From positions 62,001-96,618 of the forward strand of contig CAJNYD010000006.1 of the NCBI GenBank assembly GCA_905331295.1: 34,618 nt of DNA, in the 5' to 3' direction. Under the pieces are notes generated by a model that saw only the letters and a list, made by a program, of their open reading frames with translations, had not been told where the DNA came from and did no database searches. The position numbers and the translations under genes were made by a program. This document shows positions 24,041 through 34,618 of the stretch, one piece after another. Every line of letters begins with the position of its first letter. Position 1 is the stretch's first letter. The DNA is from Rotaria socialis. Lineage: Eukaryota.

Positions 24041-25243
24041 TTAGTTGATTGATCTAATAAACGCTTTCTAGTAGCTTTACTGAAGGTATTTCGTCTTCAT
24101 ATACACTTTTATAAACGAATATATGTGTTGAAATGAGTTGGTTTATAAATTTCATCTACCCTTGATGAGGGTTTATGAAAATGCAACCTGTGATATACCC
24201 TTTTAGAGTTCTTCAGTCGTATAAACGGTTTGACAAACCTTTCCACGCTCGGTATATTAGCTTGATAAACCCTTTTATTTAGTCTTTTGATGGGTAGATA
24301 AAAGGGTTTCTCACATCCTGATAAACGGTCAAAAAGGGTATATCACAGGTTGCATTTTCATAAACCCTTTAAGAGTTTATCATTACCCGTATTTTTTTAT
24401 CAGTGTTGTGAGTTATAACATATGCTACCGCTTAAATCGAGAAGATTTGAACAAGACGACACAGGTTGAATATAGGTTTCGATTACGAATATGTTTCTAA
24501 TCAAGACCCAAATGCTGTTCGCACCCATTTCAGATAAAGCTCAAGCCAAAACATATTTTTTAATCGCGGTCACTATCCAGAGAGTCCGAACGTGACTTAA
24601 TTGAAATTGGATATCATTTGTTTTAGAGTCGACCATTGCATTCCTCATGATTAAATGAGTTTGTGCTATAAATTCAGCTCAAACAGATGAAATTTCGAGG
24701 GAATATGTGCGAATCATTTTCGTTTTTTATGACAGTTGTAGTCGACAATGTTGTATTGAGTTTTACGCGAGATTTGTAAGGCGTCTTTGGAATGCCACAT
24801 ATAGGATTTTGTAGAGCAGATCCCGGGCTACCAAACTCACTATGCCGCATACTGCTGTAATATAGCCATTTTGAGTTATAGCGATCGACTTTCTACACAT
24901 GAATATCCAACCACAAAAACAAAAAATCTTCGAGATTTTTTTTTTGGCATATTCCAGTTTGTAGAGCTCAGCTCGCTGATCATTTTGGGCAAAACAAATT
25001 CCTACTTTCATCAAGAAATAACGATGATATGGTCAAAATACTGAAAAAAGTGAGGTAGAAAAAGCTTGTCAAAACTATTTTACGGTTTTCAGTATTTTGA
25101 CCCTACTATCGCTATTTGTTGACGAAAGTAGAAAACAAAATTTACCAAAATGATCAGCGTAAAAATCTCTACAAACTGTGATACACCAAAACATTTTCTG
25201 AGATCTTTGTGTTTTTTGTGGTTGACTACCCATGGAAGTACCC
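23971..25243 (-). repeat. Right terminal inverted repeat (~1273 bp)
   Basis: Reverse complement of 15534-16806; differences were noticed only in the outer ~55 bp. Confidence 0.96.
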
Positions 25244-27011
25244 ACAAATCTAAACTCGCAGAAGATATCGCATCTAAAAATACTTTTGTTACGTTATTAT
25301 TTCAATTTTAAAATATCATACGTAACTTTATATCGATGTTTTTTTTTTACTCTAGCTAAGTCAATAGTATTGATAAAACACAGCATCGATTACCTCCCAA
25401 GACTTTATGGTACTGACCTACCACCACACACGACCTCCTACTTACGCCTCTATAGCAAACATAAATTAAAGTTTTGATATGATCCATAATCGTACATGAT
25501 TAGTATGAGCTCAAAAAATGGAGCATTGAATAATCTATAATATGGATACAGACAGCTTCTATTATAGATCATATTAAACAGCGAAATATTTCTATCAGAC
25601 CAAGGGTCATAGTAAAAAAAATCGAATTCTTTAATAATACATATGAAATAATATATTAATAAAGTATATAGTCTGGTTCCACACTGTCCTTATACGTTAT
25701 TATCTATTTTCTCAATTGATTGAACTTATCCTAGATAAGAATGTAAACTGTTTGTCTTGTTTTCTTGAATAACGTTAGCTATAATGTATGAATTACTGTT
25801 TACAATCAACGGTACACTATGATTAAGCGAAATTAGACACACGTTCCTCATATAACTTGTTCAGAAAGTCCACCATCTTGGTTATTGGCAACATCAAAGT
25901 AAAATAATTAATAGGATTTGTTTATTATTCGTTTAATTTTTAATATTTTTTTAGACGTTTACTATTTGTAACTGAAATATCATTTCTTGGTTTATATAAA
26001 ATCGATTGGGAAATACTTTATGAAGAATTAAAAGAAGAACCAATTATAAAAATAAATACAAATCAAATTCAAATTTTAACAAAAGTAAGTAAAGACAGGA
26101 AAAACAAATATCTAGAATAAAGTCAAATCCTCTTTACTATAAAAAGCAATCAAGAGAACATCATCATCATCATCATCTGTTGTAGAGGACATTGTTTATG
26201 TGAGACTAATCCTAATTTCGATTTTCTCTAGTTGATTCAAAAGCTCAATAAAATTTACGAAATGAAATTTCATCTGATTTTATTTATATTTTTTAGGAAC
26301 CGAAAACAACTGGAACTATAGGATCACATCAATCATTTGGAAAATTAGTTAAATTTATCACTCTAGACTCTATCCGATGCTAAAGTAAGTTAAATGTTGT
26401 TTATTTATTTTTATTATTTCTTTATTTGATTATATTTTAGTATATTGTCGATAAAATTCGATAAAATTGCAAATGCGATGCATATTGTGGGTCTTTAAAA
26501 ACTTATTTAGTGTGCTTTATTATTTCATTTCACTCACTTATGATTTAATAGTTTAAGGATTTAAAAGAGTGGGCGTGGATCTGCTCTTCCCCCACACCCA
26601 CACCCTCAAGTGAATTCACATCGTGGTGACACTGATCATATTCAAAATTCTCGATAATACATTCGGATCTTTTGCGGAGAGAAGCATAAGATTCAGCGCA
26701 TATTTTCATAATCATATGCATAGTTTGAAATGAAAGTAAATAAAAAAACAATGGTCGTTCGTATTCAAATCAACTTCAATGCTACATAGAGAGACAATCA
26801 AGTATACTGTAATTAGTCTTTTTATTTGTCAAGATTGTCACATAATCAAACAAAGCAATTTTATGTACATTTCGTCCGCTTTTCTTCTTGATAATCATTG
26901 TTCATTACATGCCAACGTTTTTTCAGCTTCGACAACAACATTCGGTAATACTTGTTCAGCGAGTAGTTGCACAGTACTCTTCCCGTTTGATGTTGACATA
27001 CATGTTGAGAT

Positions 27012-27154
27012 CAGCAGCGTAAATAGGGGGGGGGGGGGCGNAATCTCTGGAGGGGGGTACAGACTAATTATTTTTTAGAAGCTAAAAAATCAAAAAAAGT
27101 GCCTATTCTTCCATGGCGACCCCCCCCTCTAAATAATTTCTGGCTACGCCACTG
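27012..27154. mobile_element. hAT-like MITE, or two hAT ends joined at an N, interrupting the AAA gene
   Basis: The right end on the minus strand is CAGTGGCGTAGCCAG...GGGGGG and the left end is CAGCAGCGTAAATAGGGGG (10/15 match). N at 27041; no 8-bp TSD. Confidence 0.6.
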
Positions 27155-28960
27155 CGAAGAAGTGCAGGATCGATCTGTTCAGAATGATTGGTGGTCATGA
27201 TAAGGATGCGTGAAGGTTGCTCGATGATTCCATCAATAAGATTGAGCAGAAACGACAATGTCAATGGATCATTGGGAACCGTTTTATCGTCATCTGCAAT
27301 TCAAACAAAGCAAACAAATGAATAGCTTATAGTTTTTAGAAAACTAATTCAATATTTCTTTTTGAACTGCAATAATTTGCTCCTATAACGGATGATATCT
27401 TTCGAGAACAAATTACAGAATATTGTCTAACGTTGGTGGATTGCTTCTCTCACCGTTTCAAAAAAAACACTATACAATCGGTCGTTCAAGAAATCAATTA
27501 TGTACTAACCTAATACGGTGCGCAATGACTGCTTGGACATTTTCTTTGTTTGTGCGTCGATATCGACCTGTTCGAGAGGAATAACGACGGCATCGCCTTC
27601 GACTGATGTCACTGGATCCGGCGTTGTTGTTGTTATTGTAGATCGTTTTTTAATGAAATGTGACACTACAGAGAAATATTAAACAATCTTTTTTTACAAC
27701 TGTCAAGTCAATAGCTTACTGCAGTCGATATCTTCAAAGACAATGATTTTTTTTCTTGAAGTCCAAATCAGTCTTATCATACGAATCCAAAAAGAAAGCT
27801 TGCTTGAGTTCGTCGCATGTACGAATGCGCGAAAGTGAAATTTCGACGAGATGCCGTTTAGTGTAAGAAGCGATTGCTTCGATTATTGACGTTTTTCCAC
27901 AGCCTATACGGTAGAATAGAAAAACAAATCCACTCTTCTTCCTCAACATTTTTATATGTTGTAGAAAGCTCTGGTTGCATATGATCGGATTTTTACTATT
28001 CTACTCATTTTCTTAGACAAAGTTCTCGCAGTTAGAGAATATGTATTATCGCATTGAAGATTTTCATGGAAAATTAGCGTGAAACAAACGGCTCCAATGG
28101 AAAAAGAACGGGTGTTTTTTTAGCTTGAAATCTTCTATTGTGGTAACATACTGAAGGTAAATTAGTTGAATTACATAAAAGTCAACTTACCAGGTGCTCC
28201 ATAAAACAAGAGGCCAAGAGAGTGAGCGATACCTCGCTGTTGGTAAAAGCTCGGATTGTCGAGAAAAAAATTCAGACGATCGATTAGCGCCTGTTTGCCT
28301 TCGAAAAAGAGATTATCGAATGATTTCGACGTGGAAAAAAAGATGCTTGCTGAATTCGATACGAGACTTTTGACTTGGAGCACCAAACATTTGAATATAC
28401 GTAAAATGATAGAAATTTCCTAGAAATAAAAGATATTCTTAGGATTGTTCATATATATTTATATATATATTCGTTTATTATATTCATAACGAAAGTAACA
28501 ATAAACGAAACTAATAACGAAACGATAACCGACGATAACGATAAACTATCAACAATAGATAAACGAACGACATAGCCGCTCCGCTTGTCANTTTGACTTG
28601 GAGCACCAAACATTTGAATATACGTAAAATGATAGAAATTTCCTAGAAATAAAAGATATTCTTAGGATTGTTCATATATATTTATATATATATTCGTTTA
28701 TTATATTCATAACGAAAGTAACAATAAACGAAACTAATAACGAAACGATAACCGACGATAACGATAAACTATCAACAATAGATAAACGAACGACATAGCC
28801 GCTCCGCTTGTCACGGAGACGACTCGATACTCCACTTCCACTTCTATATAAATTAGATCATCGATTGATATTTATATATACTTCGATAGCGAATTAAATA
28901 TAAAGAGAAAAAGGAAAATAGTATAGAGGTTATTGGGACGATAGCTACCGTCCCATAACA

Positions 28961-28969
28961 TTCCTCCCC
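28961..28969 (-). promoter_or_regulatory. Polypurine tract
   Basis: GGGGAGGAA lies immediately before the TGTTATGGG start of the 3' LTR on the minus strand. Confidence 0.75.
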
Positions 28970-30084
28970 ACAAACAAAAACAAAAAGAAGTGTGTCCTCA
29001 CACTTGGAATTCACAAACACCAATATCATTAGCGTGGAATTTCGTGTGAATATAAGAGCACAGGCCAATGCAGGATCGGTACACACATACCAAATGTCAG
29101 CAACCATTAACAAGCAACGAATCATTATGAATCGATTTTTTTTGACGAACGCTTACGAGCGACGTTTTTATTTTTATTTACGAGCGATTGGTTTTCGAGC
29201 AATTACTGTTTTAGAGTAATTGGGTTTTTACAAGCGAATAATGATGATATTCATTATGATTGACTGTTAATGTTCGATACATTAAGTTTTCCTGCGTGTT
29301 AGGACGACATTTAACAACTAGTCGACGGAAGATCCTGAATACAGAATGTCCCCACACACGAGCGAAAGACCACACAAAAGAACGAACGAAAGAAATCACA
29401 TCCGTACAAACATGAACAGAAGAGGTAATCATAGAAAGAAAGAAAAACGAATAGCGGAAAAATCATACACATACGAACATGGAAAGTAGGGATAGTTGGA
29501 ATAGTAAACAGAAAACGAGCGAAAAATAAGCACATGCTCGTATGAAGAGAGTAGTTAACCGCAGTAGAAGAACATAAAGAACGAACGAAAAATCACATAT
29601 ATGAGCATGAAGAGAGAGAGAGAGAAGGAATAGCCATAATAAAGGAAGAAAACACCATCACAGCAAGAACACAAATGAAAAGAAATAAAGTCAGTATAAC
29701 TTTAGAAAAAACGAAGAAGGGACCAGTATCATCAGAAAGAAAATGGAAAACAACGCACAAACTTGATAAACTATATAATAGTGAAAAGCGAAAAAATATT
29801 AATCATGTGAGACAAAGTGAATTGCCACACATGTACAAACCAGATACAGAAGAGAGAGAAAAAAAAAGCATCTTACCGATGTTGTGTGTTAATTTTGTTT
29901 TTAATAAATCGAACGGTACAATTCCATCGCAAATATCCGTTCACAAATCGGTCAGTGTAATTTAATAATACGAATTAGAGGATCTGGATGGATCAGTCCT
30001 GAGAACAGGATTTTCCAACTAATGATATGTATAGATGACAAATATACATATATTAGATAGCCTCGTTGATTTTGTTTATGAGGA

Positions 30085-30100
30085 CCGGGTTACGGCACCA
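30085..30100 (-). promoter_or_regulatory. Primer binding site, tRNA-His-like
   Basis: TGGTGCCGTAACCCGG starts 1 nt after the 5' LTR and resembles the complement of the tRNA-His 3' end (...CACGGCACCA). Confidence 0.75.
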
Positions 30101-30540
30101 TTGTTAGGATTGTTCATATATATTTATATATATATTCGTTTATTATATTCATAACGAAAGTAACAATAAACGAAACTAATAACGAAACGATAACCGACGA
30201 TAACGATAAACTATCAACAATAGATAAACGAACGACATAGCCGCTCCGCTTGTCATGGAGACGACTCGATACTCCCTTCCACTTCTATATAAATTAGATC
30301 ATCGATGGATATTTATATATACTTCGATAGCGAATCAAATATAAAGAGAAAAAGAAAAAGAGTATAGAGGTTATTGGGACGATAGGTACCGTCCCATAAC
30401 AGATATTATACATGACAGGTTTGATCTAATGTTTGTGGTATGAAGACAAATATCAATGGAGAAATTGATTTCTTGGAATAAATGCGAGAATCTTTCTAAA
30501 AATTGAATTTTCCAGAACACTTCTATACAGCACTCACCTT

Positions 30541-31748
30541 CCCTAGTGAAAGTACTCGCCCAGCGAGTACGACTTTGCAGCATGAGTACTCAGATTACTC
30601 GAGTGAGTACTCGATGAATTTTATGTGTAACTATACTTTTCGTGTACTATGACGAGTACTCCAATGAGTTTTCTCTCTAAGAATTACTCGTACACGAAAA
30701 TACGAGTACTCGAGGTAGTACTCATCGTCGTTTTTCAGACGACATTCAACAAAACATCTATGCACTAGGATGCATAAAAATAAAACAATATTGCGTAATT
30801 AAGAACAACTATATAATGAAACGAAAATTACGAAAGAACTCTTTAAATAAACTATCAATCGTACCGGTCATATTTTGTGATGAGTCACTGATGTGGCTTA
30901 ATCAATTGGCTATTTAAAGAATAGAAAAAACAAATTCATTTCATTTCAGCTATTCGTTTCTCGAGTAAGACCAAATATTTATTTGAAAATATAAAATTAT
31001 GTGTTAAATTTGATGTCTTAAGTCAAATATGAAATATCATTTTAGATAAAATAAAATTTTTTTCTGAAAATTAGTGAAACACAAGACGAATGAGAAAAAT
31101 TTTCCAAAAACATGAAATTCAATATTCTGAAGAAGCATCTATCATACAGAAGACAGTTCACGCATTTTTTTATTTTTTACTTAACGATTATAGTTTTCGA
31201 TTTAAAATGTTCGTATGTTTTGTAACGATCTAAAGTGAGCGTGTATTGTTATCGCGTATCTTAATTTGATCCCTAATTTATTTCTCATTTGTGTTTGTGT
31301 TTGTGTTTACATATGTTGTAGTGTTCTTAATACAGCTTTTTATTCATTTTTTCTTACATTCTGTGGATAAATGTTTTATCTCTATGTCATAATTAAACAA
31401 ATTTTAAGACGATGAAACACTTCGTTTCTCAGATTCTTATCATGTAACTCACTGCTCTATCATTAGTTTTTGAATTAAATAAATTGAACGCAGTAAAATG
31501 ATGATGAACAAAATATTTGTATGAGTATTTTACGACAAACCCACCATAGTACTCAGAAAATGTATGATGAGTACTCACAAAACACTCGATTTTACAAGAC
31601 GAGTACTTAATAGTCGTACTCAGATACTCAGAGCCTAACACAAGTACTACTAATGAGTACTCAAATCCCCGAGTACTCATGAGAACTCGCGGCATTTTCT
31701 AGCGTGAGTACTTTTTGAGTACTCGCTGGATGAGTACATTCACTAGGG
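30541..31748. mobile_element. 1208-bp non-autonomous DNA transposon, CMC/EnSpm-like
   Basis: TIRs CCCTAGTGAAAGTACTC and GAGTACATTCACTAGGG, 2-bp TSD TT, many palindromic GAGTACTC subterminal motifs at both ends, and an AT-rich non-coding core. Removing it restores AAT AAA G|GTGAGT of the AAA gene. Confidence 0.88.
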
Positions 31749-33267
31749 TTTATTCTTATCTTTGATATAATCTCGATAAGTCACTGTCCATTCGACCACA
31801 ATTGCTTTGAGTTGCTTCAATGTTAGTCTGTACGAATAGAGTGTAATTTTGTAATGAAGTATACCTATGTGCTGGTGTCCAAATATACGGTCCTTCGCAT
31901 CAGGCGTGTCTCTCTTCTCGATGTGAAGATAAATGTTGGGTGCAATCAGAAGATCTTGTTTGCCCGTGGTTGTAATGAAATAATTCATCAATTCGTCTAG
32001 ATAATCGTCTCTGTTTGTGCTGTGTCTATTGATGTGGATGAGTTTGGCTGACCATACATTCACATCCGTCGTATGAAGATGATGCAGAAGACCAAAATAT
32101 TCTTCGGGTACCTATTCAGGAAAAGTTTTGAAGTTTATTTTTTCAAATACAATTTGAAATCATTTTTGCAAAGATAGTTCAAATGTTCCTTTCTATTTCA
32201 ACGAATATCTTACAATCGTAGTGGGTTTGTTTTATGAATACCAATTTCTCACTTTACAAAACATTTATGCTTGCTACCTGCATTCTGATGTCCAGAGAAT
32301 GGCTTGGATTAACAATAATATTGATTGAATATCTAGCCTTGAGTCGTCGCCAAGTTATAGAAGTCAGGAACAATTGGAATTTGTCCATCGCATAGGTACA
32401 AGATTTGCTGACACATGTCAAGCAGAAAAGAGCGATTATAATGAGCCAACAATCGTACCAAATGTTGCCCGTTTTGATGTTTACAATGAGCGGCTGAATA
32501 ACGTAGTATGACAGATCCATGATTGTTGGAAAATTATTTTACTGAAGACTGTATCATATTCGATGCTTTTTTATAGCCTAAGAAGGGAATGTTCGACATT
32601 GTTTTAGATATAAAATTTGTTAATTGGATAACAAATAGCTGCCGAATTAAAGTTATTGTTTTCCCTGACGGATGTAAGAGGAAATTTGTCCGGATCGGTT
32701 AACTATTTTTCGAGTATACATATCTCCATCGCCGCCGTCTGAAAAGCATTTTTTCTAAGTGAAATTTCTTTTTTTCTTGTATAACAATTTATTTGGTGAA
32801 CCTCTAAAAAATTGGATTTTTAAAATATGAGCTCATGTTGAAGTGAAGACTGCATGTAAATAGATCCTGTTTTCTTTGAATAAATTCTCAATCAACTAAT
32901 TAAACAAATTTTTTCTTTATATATATAAATCAATTATAGATTTGTAAAGAAACTATTGAATTTCGGATAAGTATAATTACTTGCAAATCTTTCATGAATA
33001 GTTTTTAACTAAAGTGGTTTTGTGCAGCACGACCTAAAAAAAACTATTGAAGTACAGAATGAGAAGTTTGAGCTGCTCTTCCTACGTTATTATGTGATCA
33101 TGTTGATGTGAATACATATTTTGATATTTTTTTGACCAAATATAAAACAAATTTCTTCTCTATTTTAGTACATTCATTGTGCATATGTATATATATATTA
33201 ATTTTATTTAAACAATAACTGAAAATAATCATTTAAATGTTTTGAAAATCGAGAAATATTATTCGTA

Positions 33268-34518
33268 CCAGAGATGCCGAAAAAATCACTTTTCCCAACC
33301 CGAGGGTTGACCCTACCGCAGCAGATAGAGCAATGGGTGGGTTTCAACCCAATTTTTATTTTTAATTCAGCGAATGGGTCATTGGGTTGGGTTGAGCAGG
33401 TCAACCGAACCCGCCGGGTAACCCATTGGGTTAACCCTGGTTATAATGCATTTCAATTCTCTGTTATGTGTAAAAATTTCACACTGCTGATAGAGGTCTA
33501 TAGCTATCAACAGATTTCGATTGTATTTGTGAACGAAATCATTTTCATTTGAGCGAATAAATTCACCAATAAAAATACACTAAAGAGTTATCATCCATTT
33601 CGTTTGTATATAATAAAATATTAATCGCATCTAAAATATCATTTAAAAGTAGTGTCATTAAACAAAATTGTACTGATCGGAAATCGGTATCTATATAGTG
33701 ATTTATTTCTCTAATATATTGAAAACAGCAGTGATGACTTCCAAAAGTTTTAATTTTTTTAAGTCAATGTAAAACTAAAATAAAAACTAATAGCTCAACA
33801 GGACTGACCCGAGGCAGCAAACATTGCGGGTTTGTGTCGGATTTTTCTAATAAGAGTACCAATTTATTCTAACAGAACGTAACAAAAAAGTTTCGGCTCC
33901 GCTGAAAAAACCAAAAGTTTTCGATTATTCGGGGTTGTCACAAGCCCCGATCGGGCCAGCCCTGTAGCTCAACCAACATGGCGTACTAATGTAAAGTTAC
34001 GATGGAAATCGCTCGAGATGTATTCTGAACAACAGGAATCGAAGAATATAGAAGGCAAAAAAAGATCTAGTAAAGAAGATAGTGAAATCTACCTCGATAG
34101 CAGAAGGACAACAAGAGACACGAAACAGAGAAGAGAAGGGAAGAAGAAAGTAGAAGATTACAAGAAAGAGATATAAAACAGAGATCATAAGAAGATACAA
34201 TCCGATTCTTGTCTGTTACGTTTGACTATGCGATTAAATCAATGATAAATATGGAAAAGATGATTCATAGCCTATGTTGTGTTATAAAGAAATCTGCATA
34301 AAAAATCCTTTTTGTGAATGATTTTACATTATTCATGGGTTAACCCAAGGGTAACCCGAGGGTTCGCCGATTGGGTTCATACGTTAAGCTTGACCGATGG
34401 GTCCGGGTTTAAAATTCTCAAATTACCGGAGGACTACATTGGGTTGGGTTGGGGTTGACCCATGGGGCACCCAGCCCGGTGGGTAGCGGTGATGACCCAA
34501 CCCATCTGGCATCTCTGG
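33268..34518. mobile_element. Old hAT-like non-autonomous element with AACCC/GGGTT subterminal repeats
   Basis: 11-bp TIR CCAGAGATGCC / GGCATCTCTGG and dense GGGTT/AACCC motifs at 33295-33440 and 34335-34503. No TSD could be recovered. Confidence 0.65.
33799..33964. mobile_element. 166-bp hAT MITE nested in the previous element
   Basis: TIRs CAGGACTGACCCGA and TCGGGCCAGCCCTG (12/14 match) with a perfect 8-bp TSD TAGCTCAA at 33791-33798 and 33965-33972. Confidence 0.9.
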
Positions 34519-34618
34519 ATTATATGTCTTTAACTTATATTTTGAATACGTAATTGTTCTCTTTTAGATATCCAAAATCACAAGATTATATTATTATAAC
34601 AAAAGCTATATTACGACC

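Larger units (their letters stand above)
15534..25243. mobile_element. 9.7 kb non-autonomous long-TIR (foldback-type) DNA transposon with Sola2-like termini
   Basis: Begins GGGTACTTCCATGGGTAGTCAACCAC and ends GTGGTTGACTACCCATGGAAGTACCC. Flanked by ACAA at 15530-15533 and 25244-25247 (4-bp TSD). TIRs are ~1.27 kb and no transposase ORF is visible inside. The superfamily is inferred only from the GRG...CYC ends and 4-bp TSD. Confidence 0.88.
10013..26498 (+). pseudogene. VPS13: VPS13A/C-type lipid transfer protein, C-terminal part (VAB repeats, WWE-like segment, APT1, ATG2_C, PH-like), pseudogenised
   Basis: About 20 short exons splice into VPS13 motifs: LHLTNLLPIDI, LFSPFWILNCT, SEKFSLDVI, SSFGLTKLVTLSP, YTWTDP, IGISIVND...[65 protein letters not shown] and (25850-26084) WLLATSKRLLFVTE...KIDW. 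Lesions: in-frame TGA at 13784 and 13820; frameshifts near 12389, 12535 and 13515; donors GG at 11379 and AT at 15250; 10-bp duplication CGATAAAATT near 26449-26468. Confidence 0.92.
28660..30401 (-). mobile_element. Non-autonomous LTR retrotransposon (TRIM-like, 1742 bp) in an intron
   Basis: LTRs at 30102-30401 (TGTTATGG...CCTAACA on minus) and 28660-28960. 5-bp TSD GATAT at 28655-28659 and 30402-30406. PBS and PPT are correctly placed; no gag or pol motifs in the ~1.14 kb interior. Confidence 0.92.
27155..32520 (-). pseudogene. BCS1-like AAA+ ATPase with an N-terminal hydrophobic segment, disrupted
   Basis: Exons 32520-32278, 32111-31749 (plus G at 30538), 28419-28191, 27903-27720, 27665-27510 and 27293-27155. 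Motifs: KSFDNLFFEGK...FYQQRGIAHSLGLLFYGAPGCGKTS (Walker A), IIVFEDIDC (Walker B), LTLSFLLNLIDG, ILIMTTNH..IDPALLR. Exons 3 (229 nt) and 4 (184 nt) each have one extra base in a homopolymer, and three TEs are inserted. A possible C-terminal tail ISTCMSTS...NEQ* lies at 27011-26895. Confidence 0.88.

Noticed and set aside
28369..28813. Exact 222-bp tandem duplication giving an apparent third partial LTR and a second splice acceptor
   Set aside because: The two copies are separated by a single N at 28591, which is typical of an unmerged contig overlap.
28853..29965. Short ORFs inside the LTR element as possible gag or env
   Set aside because: No CCHC, protease, RT or integrase motifs; they reflect compositional skew.
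32254..32256. Apparent premature stop ending the first AAA ORF
   Set aside because: It lies in the intron if the CAG|GTAGCA donor at 32277 is used, which keeps the frame with the exon starting at 32111.
33996..34221. Purine-rich block flanked by GTTACG, a possible solo LTR
   Set aside because: No clear TG...CA ends or convincing TSD.
33295..34503. GGGTT/AACCC motifs as telomeric repeats
   Set aside because: They are dispersed in both orientations next to TIRs rather than tandem, which fits subterminal transposon motifs.

Overview
AT-rich eukaryotic DNA with many ~50-60 nt spliceosomal introns; by inference most like a bdelloid rotifer, which the sequence alone does not prove. The window is dominated by transposons and dead genes. 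(1) The 5' end of an apparently intact, spliced transposase-like gene with a GC-AG intron runs off the left edge. (2) A decayed FLYWCH-MULE transposase follows. (3) A ~700 bp inverted duplication has an A-B-A'-B' layout. (4) The 3' part of a multi-exon VPS13A/C-type gene is a pseudogene (stops, frameshifts, lost donors). (5) Inside it is a 9.7 kb non-autonomous foldback-type element (GGG...CCC ends, 4-bp ACAA target duplication, ~1.27 kb TIRs). It carries 51-bp subterminal arrays and about 10.5 diverged copies of a ~395 bp unit, each looking like an exon-intron-exon-intron module with no shared reading frame; this is the most unusual feature. (6) A BCS1-like AAA+ ATPase gene, possibly of non-metazoan origin, is disrupted by three insertions: a CMC/EnSpm-like element, a complete TRIM-like LTR element and a hAT-like MITE. 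(7) Nested hAT-like elements lie at the right end. Several single-N joins mark probable assembly artefacts. All alignments were done by eye.
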